Source: Acidimicrobiia bacterium
GTDB taxonomy: Bacteria > Actinomycetota > Acidimicrobiia > Spongiisociales > JAENVV01
Direction: 5' to 3'
Assembly: GCA_041577335.1 (NCBI GenBank)
Contig: JBFGJH010000026.1
Coordinates: 1 to 38,757, forward strand
DNA length: 38,757 nucleotides
The notes below the pieces were generated by a model. That model searched no databases and was not told the origin of the DNA. It was given only the letters and a program-made list of their open reading frames with translations. Both the position numbers and the translations under genes were made by a program. Below, piece after piece: positions 1 to 8,865 of this stretch. Positions within the stretch are counted from its first letter, which is position 1. Each line of letters begins with the position of its first letter.

Positions 1-705
1 CCCCGCACCGGCGCTGGCCGCGAAGGTGAGGGAAATGAGGTGAAACTGCGGAGTGCGGAGCATCTCGCGGGCGGTGAAGTTGATGGTTCCGGCAGCGGCG
101 CCCGTTGGAGCCACGAAGCCCTCCGGCAGCCAGCCGTCGGGCGGCATGCGCATGACCGTGCTGCCCGCCAGCACCAAAGCGGCGAACGCCAGCCCATAGA
201 CGACAAAGGTTCCGCTCAGGTCGATGCGACCGATGAGTCCGCCCCAGTCTCCTGCCACCTTGATCCACCCCAATGCTCCGAACCCGAATCCGGCTACGGC
301 TGCGCCAGTGATCATGCCTTTCCGGTCGGGGTACCAGCGCATTCCGACCGCGATGGGCACAACGTAAGCCAGTCCGATGCCAGATCCGCCGATCAAGCCA
401 ACACACACGAGCACCGTCCAGAAGCTGGTTGCGCCGAGGAGGCCGGCGAGGAGGTAACCCGCCCCCAATGTGACCCCACCGGCCACTGCGAGTCGTTGCG
501 GACCCCATGTCTTCAGCTTCTTGCCGGCGAACACCATCATCAGCGCAAACGACGCCAAGCCAACCGAGAACACCACTTGGGTCTGGAGCCGGGTCCACCC
601 GGCATCGCGCAGGGCCGGTGTGAACACCGACCACGCATAGATGGCGCCGAGGCACAACTGGATGAGCACCGCGCCGACCACGACCAACCAACGACGACCC
701 GCCAT
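1..705 (-). CDS. OFA-family (oxalate/formate antiporter-like) MFS transporter, runs off the window edge
   Basis: Not in the ORF track because there is no stop in the window. Manual translation from the ATG at 705 gives MAGRRWLVVVGAVLIQLCLGAIYAWSVFTPAL...GIGLAYVVPIAVGMRWYPDRKGMITGAAVAGFGFG, which has OFA-type YAWSVF and W(F/Y)PDRKG motifs. SD-like AAAGGA lies upstream. Confidence 0.85.
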   Translation of the reverse strand, partial: MAGRRWLVVVGAVLIQLCLGAIYAWSVFTPALRDAGWTRLQTQVVFSVGLASFALMMVFAGKKLKTWGPQRLAVAGGVTLGAGYLLAGLLGATSFWTVLVCVGLIGGSGIGLAYVVPIAVGMRWYPDRKGMITGAAVAGFGFGALGWIKVAGDWGGLIGRIDLSGTFVVYGLAFAALVLAGSTVMRMPPDGWLPEGFVAPTGAAAGTINFTAREMLRTPQFHLISLTFAASAGAG

Positions 706-823
706 TTGTGAATCCTTTCACGAACTCACCGGCAACGTACCGCAGCGGGGTGGGGAAGGTCAGGGCCAAAGGTCTCGGACAGATAGTCCGGCCGTCCCTA
801 GCGATGGATCGCCGGCCAGCAGG

Positions 824-1231
824 TCAGATGAACCGGCGAGGCCGAGGCCAATACCTCCAGGCAACCCGCCGACACCGACTGATCGGAATCGGTCCGAGCG
901 TGCGGCTGTCGCTCGAGATCGTGCGTGAGTCGCCCAACACGAAGACGGTGTCTCCGGATACCTGCCATGACGCTTTGCCCGAAGTCACCGAGGTGGTCCA
1001 CGGATCGGCGAAGCTCTCCCCATTGATTGCCACGTCGCCGTCGGCAACGGTGATCACCTCGCCGGGAAGCCCGACGATGCGCTTCACCAGGTGAAATCCC
1101 GGCTGGTGTGGATGCTCGAACACCACCACCTGCCCGCGAGCGACCGACAGGAGCCGTACGGTGATCACGTAATCACCGTCAGACAATGCGGGTTCCATAG
1201 AGGACTCTGCGATGGCGAAACGTCGAATCAT
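824..1231 (-). CDS. sodX: S26-family peptidase, probable nickel-SOD maturation protease
   Basis: SSMEP (catalytic Ser), VKRI (catalytic Lys) and GDSRTISSDSR signal-peptidase motifs; no N-terminal TM helix; divergent from sodN. Confidence 0.75.
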   Translation of the reverse strand: MIRRFAIAESSMEPALSDGDYVITVRLLSVARGQVVVFEHPHQPGFHLVKRIVGLPGEVITVADGDVAINGESFADPWTTSVTSGKASWQVSGDTVFVLGDSRTISSDSRTLGPIPISRCRRVAWRYWPRPRRFI

Positions 1232-1292
1232 GGTGTACCCGGCGACAGTGTATCGTCACAGCAGTACGCGACATCTAGGAAGGAGCCGAACC

Positions 1293-1709
1293 ATGGGCCT
1301 TTTCAAGCCCAGAAGCCTGGCCCACGCACACTGTGATCTCTTTTGCGGTGTTTACGATCCGGCCCAGGCCAAGATCGAAGCGCTTTCGGTGCTGAAGTCA
1401 GCTCAGAAGTATCAGGACAGCGATGACGAGGTGTTCCGAGCCCGGGCGCTGGCGATTAAGGAGCAGCAGGCCGAGCTGTGCAAGCACCACCTGATGGTGC
1501 TGTGGGCCGACTTCTTCGCACCCGAACACGCAGAGCAGTTCCCGCAGTTGCACGATCTGTTTTGGCGGGCCATCAAGGCTGCCGGCGATGCCAAGAAATC
1601 GGCTGATCCGGCCGAGGGCGAGAAGCTGGTTGCCCTGATCGATGAGATCGCAGAGATCTTCTGGCAGACGGAGAAAGCCAAGGGCATGGGGGTCTACCCA
1701 CCCGCATGA
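1293..1709 (+). CDS. sodN: Nickel superoxide dismutase precursor
   Basis: ATG at 1293 follows SD GGAAGGAG. Short leader ending AHA, then Ni-hook HCDLFCGVYDPAQA and KHHLMVLWADFF. Confidence 0.93.
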   Translation: MGLFKPRSLAHAHCDLFCGVYDPAQAKIEALSVLKSAQKYQDSDDEVFRARALAIKEQQAELCKHHLMVLWADFFAPEHAEQFPQLHDLFWRAIKAAGDAKKSADPAEGEKLVALIDEIAEIFWQTEKAKGMGVYPPA

Positions 1710-1732
1710 GTTGACATGTTGATTCAGTCTGT

Positions 1733-1761
1733 CGAAAGGGCCCTCATTTTGGGCCCTTTCG
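1733..1761. terminator. Hairpin, probable bidirectional terminator between convergent sodN and the ABC operon
   Basis: Perfect 11-bp inverted repeat CGAAAGGGCCC-tcatttt-GGGCCCTTTCG. Confidence 0.75.
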
Positions 1762-2502
1762 CTATTCCTTGACGAGGTCGCGGTGCCGGAGCAGCAGGGT
1801 CGTTCCGGCGATGGACATGGCCGACAGCACGAGCACTTTTGCAAAGGCGCCCCATGCGCCAGGCGTGAGGTTCCCAAGCGCATCCAGCACATCGGCTGGC
1901 ACGTCGGGGGTGACTGCCACATATTCGGAGAGTCCCGTGCGCCACAGCGAGGCCACTGCCAGGGTGTCGCCGGCGCCTGCGATGACGCCTTCCCAAATCA
2001 GAATGAACGCCAAACCGATCAGGGTCGACTGGCGAGCCATCAGCCCCACCGGAACAAACACCGCTGCGTAACCGATCATGGTGATGGCCGCGCCCACGGC
2101 GGCTCCCCAGCCAATCCCTGTTTCGCCCGTGCGTACGGCGGCCACTGCCCACGCACTTCCGACACCCACCATGCCGATCGCAAAGCTGACGATGGTTGCG
2201 GCGACCCATCCGGCTCCGGCGATCGACGTCCTGGCGATGGGTTTCACCATCAAGTACGGCAGGGTGTGCCCGAAGCGCTCTTCGCCAAGGGCGGCCGACG
2301 CGGTCAGCAGTGCTACCAGCGGAAGGGCGAGAGCGAACAACAATGGGCCGACCCAGTTGTGGAACGCTGCCGGCTGGTTGCCGTCGTCGCGCACCATCAG
2401 CACAACGGCGGGAGCCAACGTGAGCAGGGCAAGTATCAGGGCCACCCGCCGACCGATCAGGCGTTTGCCGATCATTGCCACGATGGCCGTGATGGCGCTC
2501 AT
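1762..2502 (-). CDS. ABC-2 type transporter permease
   Basis: About 6 hydrophobic helices, EERFGHTLPYLMVKPIAR motif, C-terminal RHRDL; coupled to the ATPase gene. Confidence 0.85.
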   Translation of the reverse strand: MSAITAIVAMIGKRLIGRRVALILALLTLAPAVVLMVRDDGNQPAAFHNWVGPLLFALALPLVALLTASAALGEERFGHTLPYLMVKPIARTSIAGAGWVAATIVSFAIGMVGVGSAWAVAAVRTGETGIGWGAAVGAAITMIGYAAVFVPVGLMARQSTLIGLAFILIWEGVIAGAGDTLAVASLWRTGLSEYVAVTPDVPADVLDALGNLTPGAWGAFAKVLVLSAMSIAGTTLLLRHRDLVKE

Positions 2503-3410
2503 CGTCCGCCGACCAGATATCGGAACACGCTTTCGAGCGACTCGTCTTGTGGTCGGACCCGTGAGATCACCGTACCTGCCAGTTGCGACGTCGGGGCCAG
2601 CGTCCGCGCAAAGCCGGCCGCGTCACGGGCATCAACGATGATGGAGTGTTCCTCTACGGTCACCGATTGCACGAATGCCGTAGCCATGAGGGCGGCCGCC
2701 AGGCGGCGCGGATGATCAACTTCAACCCGAATCGACCGGGGCACATCGGTCATCAGGTCCCGGAGTTGGCGAACCGACCCGATCGCGGCCAAGCGTCCGT
2801 CGATCATGGCGATCACCCGGTCTGCCATGCGGTCGACTTCGTGGAGCACGTGTGACGAGACGAGCACCGTCTTGCCAGATCGGCCCAGCGTGACAAACAA
2901 TTCGATCAGCTTGGCGCGTTGCACCGGATCGGCGCCGTTCAGGGGCTCATCGAGAATGAGGATGTCCGGCTCGTGGGCCAGAGAGGCTGCCACCTTGGCA
3001 CGCTGGCGCATTCCTTTGGAGAATCCACCCAATGCCCGATCGGCTGCGGACGTCAGATCGACGAGCTCAATGGCCGCTTCCGTGGCAGCAGGGTCGGTCA
3101 CCCCGTTGAGCCGCGCGTTGAAGGCAATGAACTGGCGTGCGGTCATCTGCTCGTAGACCGCTTCGTGCTCTGGCACGAATGCCACCTTCCCGAACACGTC
3201 CGGCCACCGGTTGGGGTCTTTGCCGAGAACCGTCACCGATCCATCCGACGGATGCAGCAGGCCGACCAGACAGCGCAGCAGAGTGGTCTTGCCGGCTCCG
3301 TTGGGTCCGAGAATCCCGGTGACGCCAGGGCCGAAGGTACACGTGATGTCCGAGACGGCCACCTTGTGGCCGAACCACTTGGACAAGCGGGTCACCTCCA
3401 CGGTGTTCAT
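2499..3410 (-). CDS. ABC transporter ATP-binding protein
   Basis: Start MNTVEV at 3410 (ATGA overlap with the upstream permease). Walker A GPNGAGKT, signature FSKGMRQR, Walker B ILILDEP. Confidence 0.92.
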   Translation of the reverse strand: MNTVEVTRLSKWFGHKVAVSDITCTFGPGVTGILGPNGAGKTTLLRCLVGLLHPSDGSVTVLGKDPNRWPDVFGKVAFVPEHEAVYEQMTARQFIAFNARLNGVTDPAATEAAIELVDLTSAADRALGGFSKGMRQRAKVAASLAHEPDILILDEPLNGADPVQRAKLIELFVTLGRSGKTVLVSSHVLHEVDRMADRVIAMIDGRLAAIGSVRQLRDLMTDVPRSIRVEVDHPRRLAAALMATAFVQSVTVEEHSIIVDARDAAGFARTLAPTSQLAGTVISRVRPQDESLESVFRYLVGGR

Positions 3411-4288
3411 GGAAGCCTTCGATACTGCACCCAGATGGCGATGGCGGAAATGGCAGCAATCGCGCCTACCGTCGCCAAAGACACCCACGGCTCGAAGCCG
3501 GCAACTGTGGGGACGTAATCCTGGGTCTGCACGTCGAAGAACCAGTCGCGTATCACGCGGGGATGTTGCTCGAACGCAAACAGGCCAAGCCATCGCTCGC
3601 CGCCAGTGTCGTCCTCCACGATGGAAGACGTGAGGAGGTTGGCGATGAGCAGCGTTCCGAGGTACGAGCCGGCAGCGAAGCCGCTGCGGGGGACCGTTGC
3701 GGCGAAGAACAGCCCGAGTGAGGCGTGCAGCACGAAATAGACGAGTGCCGTGCCGAGAATCGCCAGAAGCACGTTGGCGTTGTCGGCGAAATAGGCGAAG
3801 AAACCGCCGCCATCGAGCGAGGCGAGTGAGGTGAACAGGATCGCCTGCGGGGCCAGCCACACGAACATCATCAACACGAACAAAGCACCGACCTTCGCCA
3901 GCAGGTACTGCGCGCGGTTGATGGGCCTGGACAGATAGATGGCGAGGGTGCCTTGCCGCCGGTCAGGAACCAGGAGGGCGGGTGCGGCCAGCGCGATGAA
4001 CAACTCGGGAAGCAAGCTGATGATGTCGAAATATTCGGCGTTCTCGGGGAGGGGGAGGTCGCCCAGTTGATCGCCGATGAACCAGGCGGGGATGACCACC
4101 CCGGCGAGAATCATTGACATCATGCCAATGACGCCCCACGGCAACAGCTTGCGGGTGAACTTGCGACGGATCCCGAACACCTTGCGGAATCCGTCCACCA
4201 CGATGGCCCACATGATCCATGAGGTTGACCGGCGTTCGCCCTCGTATGGCTGGTAGGCCCGATCGACGATGATCGCTCGATCGGTCAT
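3407..4288 (-). CDS. ABC-2 type transporter permease
   Basis: Multiple TM helices and DRRQGTLAIYLSRPINRAQYLLAK motif; lies between two ATPase genes. Confidence 0.85.
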   Translation of the reverse strand: MTDRAIIVDRAYQPYEGERRSTSWIMWAIVVDGFRKVFGIRRKFTRKLLPWGVIGMMSMILAGVVIPAWFIGDQLGDLPLPENAEYFDIISLLPELFIALAAPALLVPDRRQGTLAIYLSRPINRAQYLLAKVGALFVLMMFVWLAPQAILFTSLASLDGGGFFAYFADNANVLLAILGTALVYFVLHASLGLFFAATVPRSGFAAGSYLGTLLIANLLTSSIVEDDTGGERWLGLFAFEQHPRVIRDWFFDVQTQDYVPTVAGFEPWVSLATVGAIAAISAIAIWVQYRRLP

Positions 4289-5199
4289 GGCCGCGATCCG
4301 GGAAGTGGCGGAGGCTCGGATGACGGCACGAAGAACGCCTCTTCGAGCGTGACGTTGGCCTCTTCCAACAGGTGGATGCCGGCACCGGCCTGGGCGACCG
4401 AGGATTGAATCGCTGAGTAGATTTCGTCGAACGAGCGGATGTGAAGTACGTCGCCCTCGACTTTCACGTCGGCGCCCCGGGCGCGTAGCAAGCGGGTCAC
4501 TTCCTCCGAATGGTCATGAAGCTCGAGCCGAACGACTCCATGGCTTCCAAGTTCTTCGAGTGGTGAGCTCCGCAGGAGCGTCCCACCGTCGAGGAGGACT
4601 ACCCAATCGCAGGTCCGTTCGATGTCGGTGATGATATGTGTGCTGAAAACCACGCTTGTCCCGAAGTCACCGAGTCGCCGGATGAGTCCGAGCATGGACT
4701 CTCTGCCCTCTGGGTCGAGGCCGGCGGTCGGTTCGTCGAGGAACACGAGCTGAGGGTCGTGCACGATGGCCTGCGCAAGCTTCACCCGCTGCTGCATACC
4801 GGTCGAGAAGTCGCCGATGAACCGGAACCGCTCCTCATCCAGCCCAACCAGATAGAGGGTCTCCGACGCTCGGCGCCGGGCGTCCCGAGAAGGCAATCCG
4901 GCGAGTTGGGCGGTGTACGTGACGAAATCGGCTGCCTTTTGATCGAGCGGGAGCGCGCTTGCCTCTGGCATATAACCCACTCGGGTTCTGGCACCGGGGT
5001 CTGCTCCCATCACCTCGATGCTGCCGCTCGTCGGATCGAGCAACCCGAGCGAGAGTTTGATGAGTGTGCTCTTGCCGGCGCCGTTGGCTCCGACCAGCCC
5101 GATCTTTCCAGGGGGAGCGTCGAAGCTGACGTCGGCGAGGGAGCGCACGGAACCGTAGTCATGGGTGAGTTGGAGAACGCGGAGGGCAGGAGCTGCCAT
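4285..5199 (-). CDS. ABC transporter ATP-binding protein
   Basis: GANGAGKS, FSTGMQQR and VFLDEP motifs. Start placed at the ATG at 5199 because a TAGCGT -10-like box lies 7 nt upstream. Confidence 0.9.
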   Translation of the reverse strand: MAAPALRVLQLTHDYGSVRSLADVSFDAPPGKIGLVGANGAGKSTLIKLSLGLLDPTSGSIEVMGADPGARTRVGYMPEASALPLDQKAADFVTYTAQLAGLPSRDARRRASETLYLVGLDEERFRFIGDFSTGMQQRVKLAQAIVHDPQLVFLDEPTAGLDPEGRESMLGLIRRLGDFGTSVVFSTHIITDIERTCDWVVLLDGGTLLRSSPLEELGSHGVVRLELHDHSEEVTRLLRARGADVKVEGDVLHIRSFDEIYSAIQSSVAQAGAGIHLLEEANVTLEEAFFVPSSEPPPLPGSRP

Positions 5200-5272
5200 C
5201 TGAGGGACGCTAACCGGTCGGGCCGAGATTGACATGGTTTGGGAGGGGCAGCGACAAGTACACTTCCTCGCC

Positions 5273-6952
5273 ATGTCGCAACCTCGCCAAATCCTCGTCG
5301 CCGTGGCCTGGCCGTACGCCAGTGGCTCCCGTCACCTCGGGCACCTCGGCGGCGCCTACCTTCCGGCCGACATATTCGCCCGGTACCACCGCACGGCCGG
5401 CAACCGGGTACTCATGGTGTCGGGCAGCGACGTTCACGGGACTCCGATAACGGTCAGAGCCGACGCCGAGGGCGTTGAGCCCCGCGAGATCGTCGATCGT
5501 TATCACTCGGAGTTCTTGGCGAACTGGCGGGCGGTGGGGATCTCGTGGGATCTCTACACATCAACCGGCACCGACAACCACGCCGAAGTAACGCAAGACG
5601 TGTTCATGCGCCTTCTCGAGAACGGGTTTCTCGTCAAGAAAACGTCCGAGATGTTCTTCGATGAAGAGGCGGGGCGATTCTTGCCCGATCGGTACGTGGA
5701 GGGCACCTGCCCACATTGCGGCTACGAAGAGGCCCGTGGCGACCAGTGCGACAACTGCGGCCGGACCCTCGATCCCGAGGATCTCATTGATCCCCGCTCG
5801 AAGCTAAGCGGGGCAACACCGATCACACGAGCGACGGAGCACTTCTTCCTCAAGCTGTCTGATCTCCAGGAGCCGGTCGCGGCGTGGCTGGAGACACGGG
5901 AGGGCTGGCGATCTCACGTTCTCAACTGGGCCAAGAGCTTCGTCAACGAGGGTCTCCACGATCGGGCAATAACCCGTGATCTCGACTGGGGTGTGCCGCT
6001 GCCCGTGGACGACCTGGGCGACAGCAAGCGGATCTATGTCTGGTTCGATGCAGTCATCGGTTACCTGTCGGCATCCAAGGAATGGTCGAAGAGCGCCGGT
6101 GCCCCCGAAGCGTGGAAATTGTGGTGGGAAAACCCCGATGCGGAGTCGTACTACTTCGTCGGGAAGGACAACATCCCGTTCCACACCGTGATGTGGCCCG
6201 CAATGTTGCTCGGCTATGAAGGGCTCAATCTGCCCACCAACGTGCCGGCCAACCAGTACATCACCTTCAAGGGCGGCAAAGCTTCGGCCAGTCGGGGTGT
6301 GGGACGCCCGATCGGCTATTACACCGAGCGCCTGGAGGCCGACGCGCTTCGCTATGCCCTGGCCTCGAACCTGCCGGAGCACAACGACACCGACATCACC
6401 GAGGCCGAGCTCGAACGGGCGATCAACCAGGAGCTGGTGGCTACCTGGGGCAATCTGGTCAACCGCGTCTTCAACATGAGCTGGAAGAACTTCAACGCGG
6501 CAATCCCCGAGGCCGGCAATCTCGACGCGAGCGATCGGGCGCTGCTCGACAAAGTGGATCACGCCCTGGTCGAGGCCGGCAAGCAATTCGAGCGGGTCGA
6601 GCTCCGCGCGGCTCTACGGATCATGATGGACGCCGCCGCTTCGACCAACGCCTATCTCAACGAAAAGGAACCGTGGAAGACGGTCCGCCAGGACCTGGCC
6701 GGCACCGCTACGACCCTTCATACGGCCTTGTCGGCCATCAACGGCATCAAGACCGGGCTGTATCCCTTCTTGCCCCACACCAGCCAGACAATCCACGAGA
6801 TGTTGGGCCAGCCCGGCTCGGTGCGTGATCACGGGTGGGTGCGAACAGTCGTCATGCCCGGCGTCCCCCTCGACAAGCCCGAGCCCCTGTTCCGCAAGGC
6901 GGAGCTGGTGGAAGCCGAAGACGTAGAAGCTGACGGGGCGCCCGATGCGTGA
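5273..6952 (+). CDS. metG: Methionine--tRNA ligase (short form, no C-terminal OB domain)
   Basis: AWPYA..HLGH (HIGH motif), GSDVHG, Zn knuckle CPHC/CDNC, YVWFDA, GKDNIPFH. Confidence 0.96.
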   Translation: MSQPRQILVAVAWPYASGSRHLGHLGGAYLPADIFARYHRTAGNRVLMVSGSDVHGTPITVRADAEGVEPREIVDRYHSEFLANWRAVGISWDLYTSTGTDNHAEVTQDVFMRLLENGFLVKKTSEMFFDEEAGRFLPDRYVEGTCPHCGYEEARGDQCDNCGRTLDPEDLIDPRSKLSGATPITRATEHFFLKLSDLQEPVAAWLETREGWRSHVLNWAKSFVNEGLHDRAITRDLDWGVPLPVDDLGDSKRIYVWFDAVIGYLSASKEWSKSAGAPEAWKLWWENPDAESYYFVGKDNIPFHTVMWPAMLLGYEGLNLPTNVPANQYITFKGGKASASRGVGRPIGYYTERLEADALRYALASNLPEHNDTDITEAELERAINQELVATWGNLVNRVFNMSWKNFNAAIPEAGNLDASDRALLDKVDHALVEAGKQFERVELRAALRIMMDAAASTNAYLNEKEPWKTVRQDLAGTATTLHTALSAINGIKTGLYPFLPHTSQTIHEMLGQPGSVRDHGWVRTVVMPGVPLDKPEPLFRKAELVEAEDVEADGAPDA

Positions 6953-7127
6953 ACCGAACGCGGGATACCGCTCGTGACGTCGCTCGGTGTCGCCCAACTA
7001 TCGGAATCCCGACATTCTTCTTGTAGCGTGCCTGCGTTTGGCGCTTTGTACACGCAACAGCCGGGCCGGTGATCTTGGCGGTCGACATCTGCCCTTAGCG
7101 GGCTTCTGAGGGAGCCGAGGAGGAAAG

Positions 7128-8111
7128 ATGCGCCGCCTATTCGTTTTATTCGCCGCAACGGCACTGTTGCTGGCATCCGTACCGGCGACGATGGCCCTGT
7201 CGCACCAATCGTTGACGGTCAGCGTCGTCAAGGCACCCGTCACGCCGGACGGCACCACTGCAGGTTCCGTCACAGACTTTGTCCTCACCTTCGTGGATAT
7301 CGATCCCGCAGTCGACGGTATCAGCATGAAGAAAGGCGGCTCGATCTCGGCTCGCCTGCCGGCGGGGTTTGTCAACACCGCCGATGGAACCGAGAACACG
7401 GCCATCATCCTGCAGGGATGGCCACAAAGCCCACCTTTCCCGTTCATCTGGGACACCACGGTCGTCGGAAACAGAGTGACCGCCACCCTGACGGCCGATT
7501 ATCTCGTGGGCGCATTCGGGCCGGGCCCCAAGCAGTTCCACCTGTTGCTCGAGTCGTTCCGAAATCCCGGCCCGGGCCTCTACGAGGTTGGACTGGTTGT
7601 CAGACCTGATCCGGCCTCCAACGTGCGGTACAACGGCACCGGCACGGTCCTCATCAGCCCGCGGGCAACCCCAAGCGTTGAAATCGTCAGCGTCTTCAGT
7701 GGGGGAGGGCCACCACCCCCATTCAACAACCCGCTGTTTCAGACGGTGTCAGCAGGCGACGACTCGCTCGATGTCGGCGTCTATTTCTGGGAGCGAGGGA
7801 GCTTCGTTGCCGACGGCATCGTCAACCCATTCCTCGACGTTGACATCGAGATGAACAACCTGGAGCGTGGTCGGCTTACCCAATTCGGCCACACCGTCGG
7901 TCATATCGAGATCGAGGCTCCCGCCGGGGCGGATGAGTTCGCCGTCACGAATGACGGCCCATCATTCCTCGGCTCGACGGCCGTCACGGGGCTCGACGTG
8001 GGCGTCATGGTTGCCAGGCTGAGCACCGACCCGGACGCCACGGGCGACTACACCATCACCTTCGTGATGAACGGCGGCAACACCAAAGAGTTCCACGTCA
8101 CAGCTGAGTAA
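7128..8111 (+). CDS. Secreted hypothetical protein (beta-rich)
   Basis: Strong SD GAGGAGG, Sec-type signal MRRLFVLFAATALLLASVPATMA, GC3-biased codons; family not recognised. Confidence 0.75.
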   Translation: MRRLFVLFAATALLLASVPATMALSHQSLTVSVVKAPVTPDGTTAGSVTDFVLTFVDIDPAVDGISMKKGGSISARLPAGFVNTADGTENTAIILQGWPQSPPFPFIWDTTVVGNRVTATLTADYLVGAFGPGPKQFHLLLESFRNPGPGLYEVGLVVRPDPASNVRYNGTGTVLISPRATPSVEIVSVFSGGGPPPPFNNPLFQTVSAGDDSLDVGVYFWERGSFVADGIVNPFLDVDIEMNNLERGRLTQFGHTVGHIEIEAPAGADEFAVTNDGPSFLGSTAVTGLDVGVMVARLSTDPDATGDYTITFVMNGGNTKEFHVTAE

Positions 8112-8363
8112 GCCCACGCGGATGTGACGCCGACCGCAGCTCGGGGAGCCGCGATCGATGGCGCTCACATGGAATCCGTGAGCAGCTCGGTATTGCCGAC
8201 ACCCGTGTTCGGCCGCTCGTGATGCGTATGTCGCAGGTTTGGGCGTCCCGGGGCTGGAGGTCATCGATCGACGGGCCCATCGGGTACTCACCAGGAGCAT
8301 CATTTGCCTCGGGTTGCGAGGGCCTCATGGAGCTGAGCGCCCTGAGTATTCAGTGAACGAACC

Positions 8364-8391
8364 TTGACCTGCGTAAGACGCAGGATATACT
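8364..8391 (+). promoter_or_regulatory. Sigma70-type promoter containing a palindromic operator-like site
   Basis: TTGACC (8364-8369), 16-nt spacer, TATACT (8386-8391), then GTG start 7 nt later. Inverted repeat CCTGCGT-aag-ACGCAGG at 8368-8384. Confidence 0.65.
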
Positions 8392-8398
8392 GCGGTAC

Positions 8399-8788
8399 GT
8401 GCAGAATAACTCCCGGGATATTCTTCCTATCTTGCGTACCGACACCCAGCGCGAGCTGCTGATCGAGCTTTTCTTCGAAACTCGGGCACCTCGGACGCTG
8501 TCCGACCTTGCTCGCGCCATCGGTGTCGACCAAACCACGGTGATGAGAGAGGTCAATCGGCTGCTCGCGAGCGGGGTCGTTCTCGAAGAACGGGTCGGGC
8601 GGTCGCGCACGGTGGCCATCAACGAGGCCAGCCCGTTCACAGGGCCGCTTCGTCAGCTGATCAAGGTCGTGTACCAGCCGCTCGATGACACCGCAGACGA
8701 TCGTTTGCCGGCATTCGCAAGTCGTCATGGCCGCTACCACTCGAGCCACGAGCGCCGGCCCCTTCCCTCGTCACGGAGGCGAGGATGA
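8399..8788 (+). CDS. Winged helix-turn-helix (ArsR/MarR-like) protein
   Basis: ILPILRTDTQRELL...TLSDLARAIGVDQTTVMREVNRLLASGVVLEERVGRSRTV has HTH plus wing; the C-terminal ~30 aa look poorly conserved. Confidence 0.7.
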   Translation: MQNNSRDILPILRTDTQRELLIELFFETRAPRTLSDLARAIGVDQTTVMREVNRLLASGVVLEERVGRSRTVAINEASPFTGPLRQLIKVVYQPLDDTADDRLPAFASRHGRYHSSHERRPLPSSRRRG

Positions 8789-8865
8789 TGGCGTCCGCGA
8801 CAATGGGAAAAACAGGTACGCCGGCGTTTCGAACGGTCCCGCCGGCTTGGGTAACGTCAGCGGCG

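Noticed and set aside
40..711. 223-aa plus-strand ORF
   Set aside because: Antisense shadow of the MFS transporter, which has clear motifs on the minus strand.
8112..8363. Small ORFs in the gap before the wHTH gene
   Set aside because: Short, lacking motifs and without clear initiation signals.
8785..8865. N-terminal extension of BMC rpiB from the ATG at 8785
   Set aside because: It does not look like conserved protein, and the ATG at 8866 puts the encapsulation helix at the N-terminus with a -10 box just upstream. Not fully excluded.
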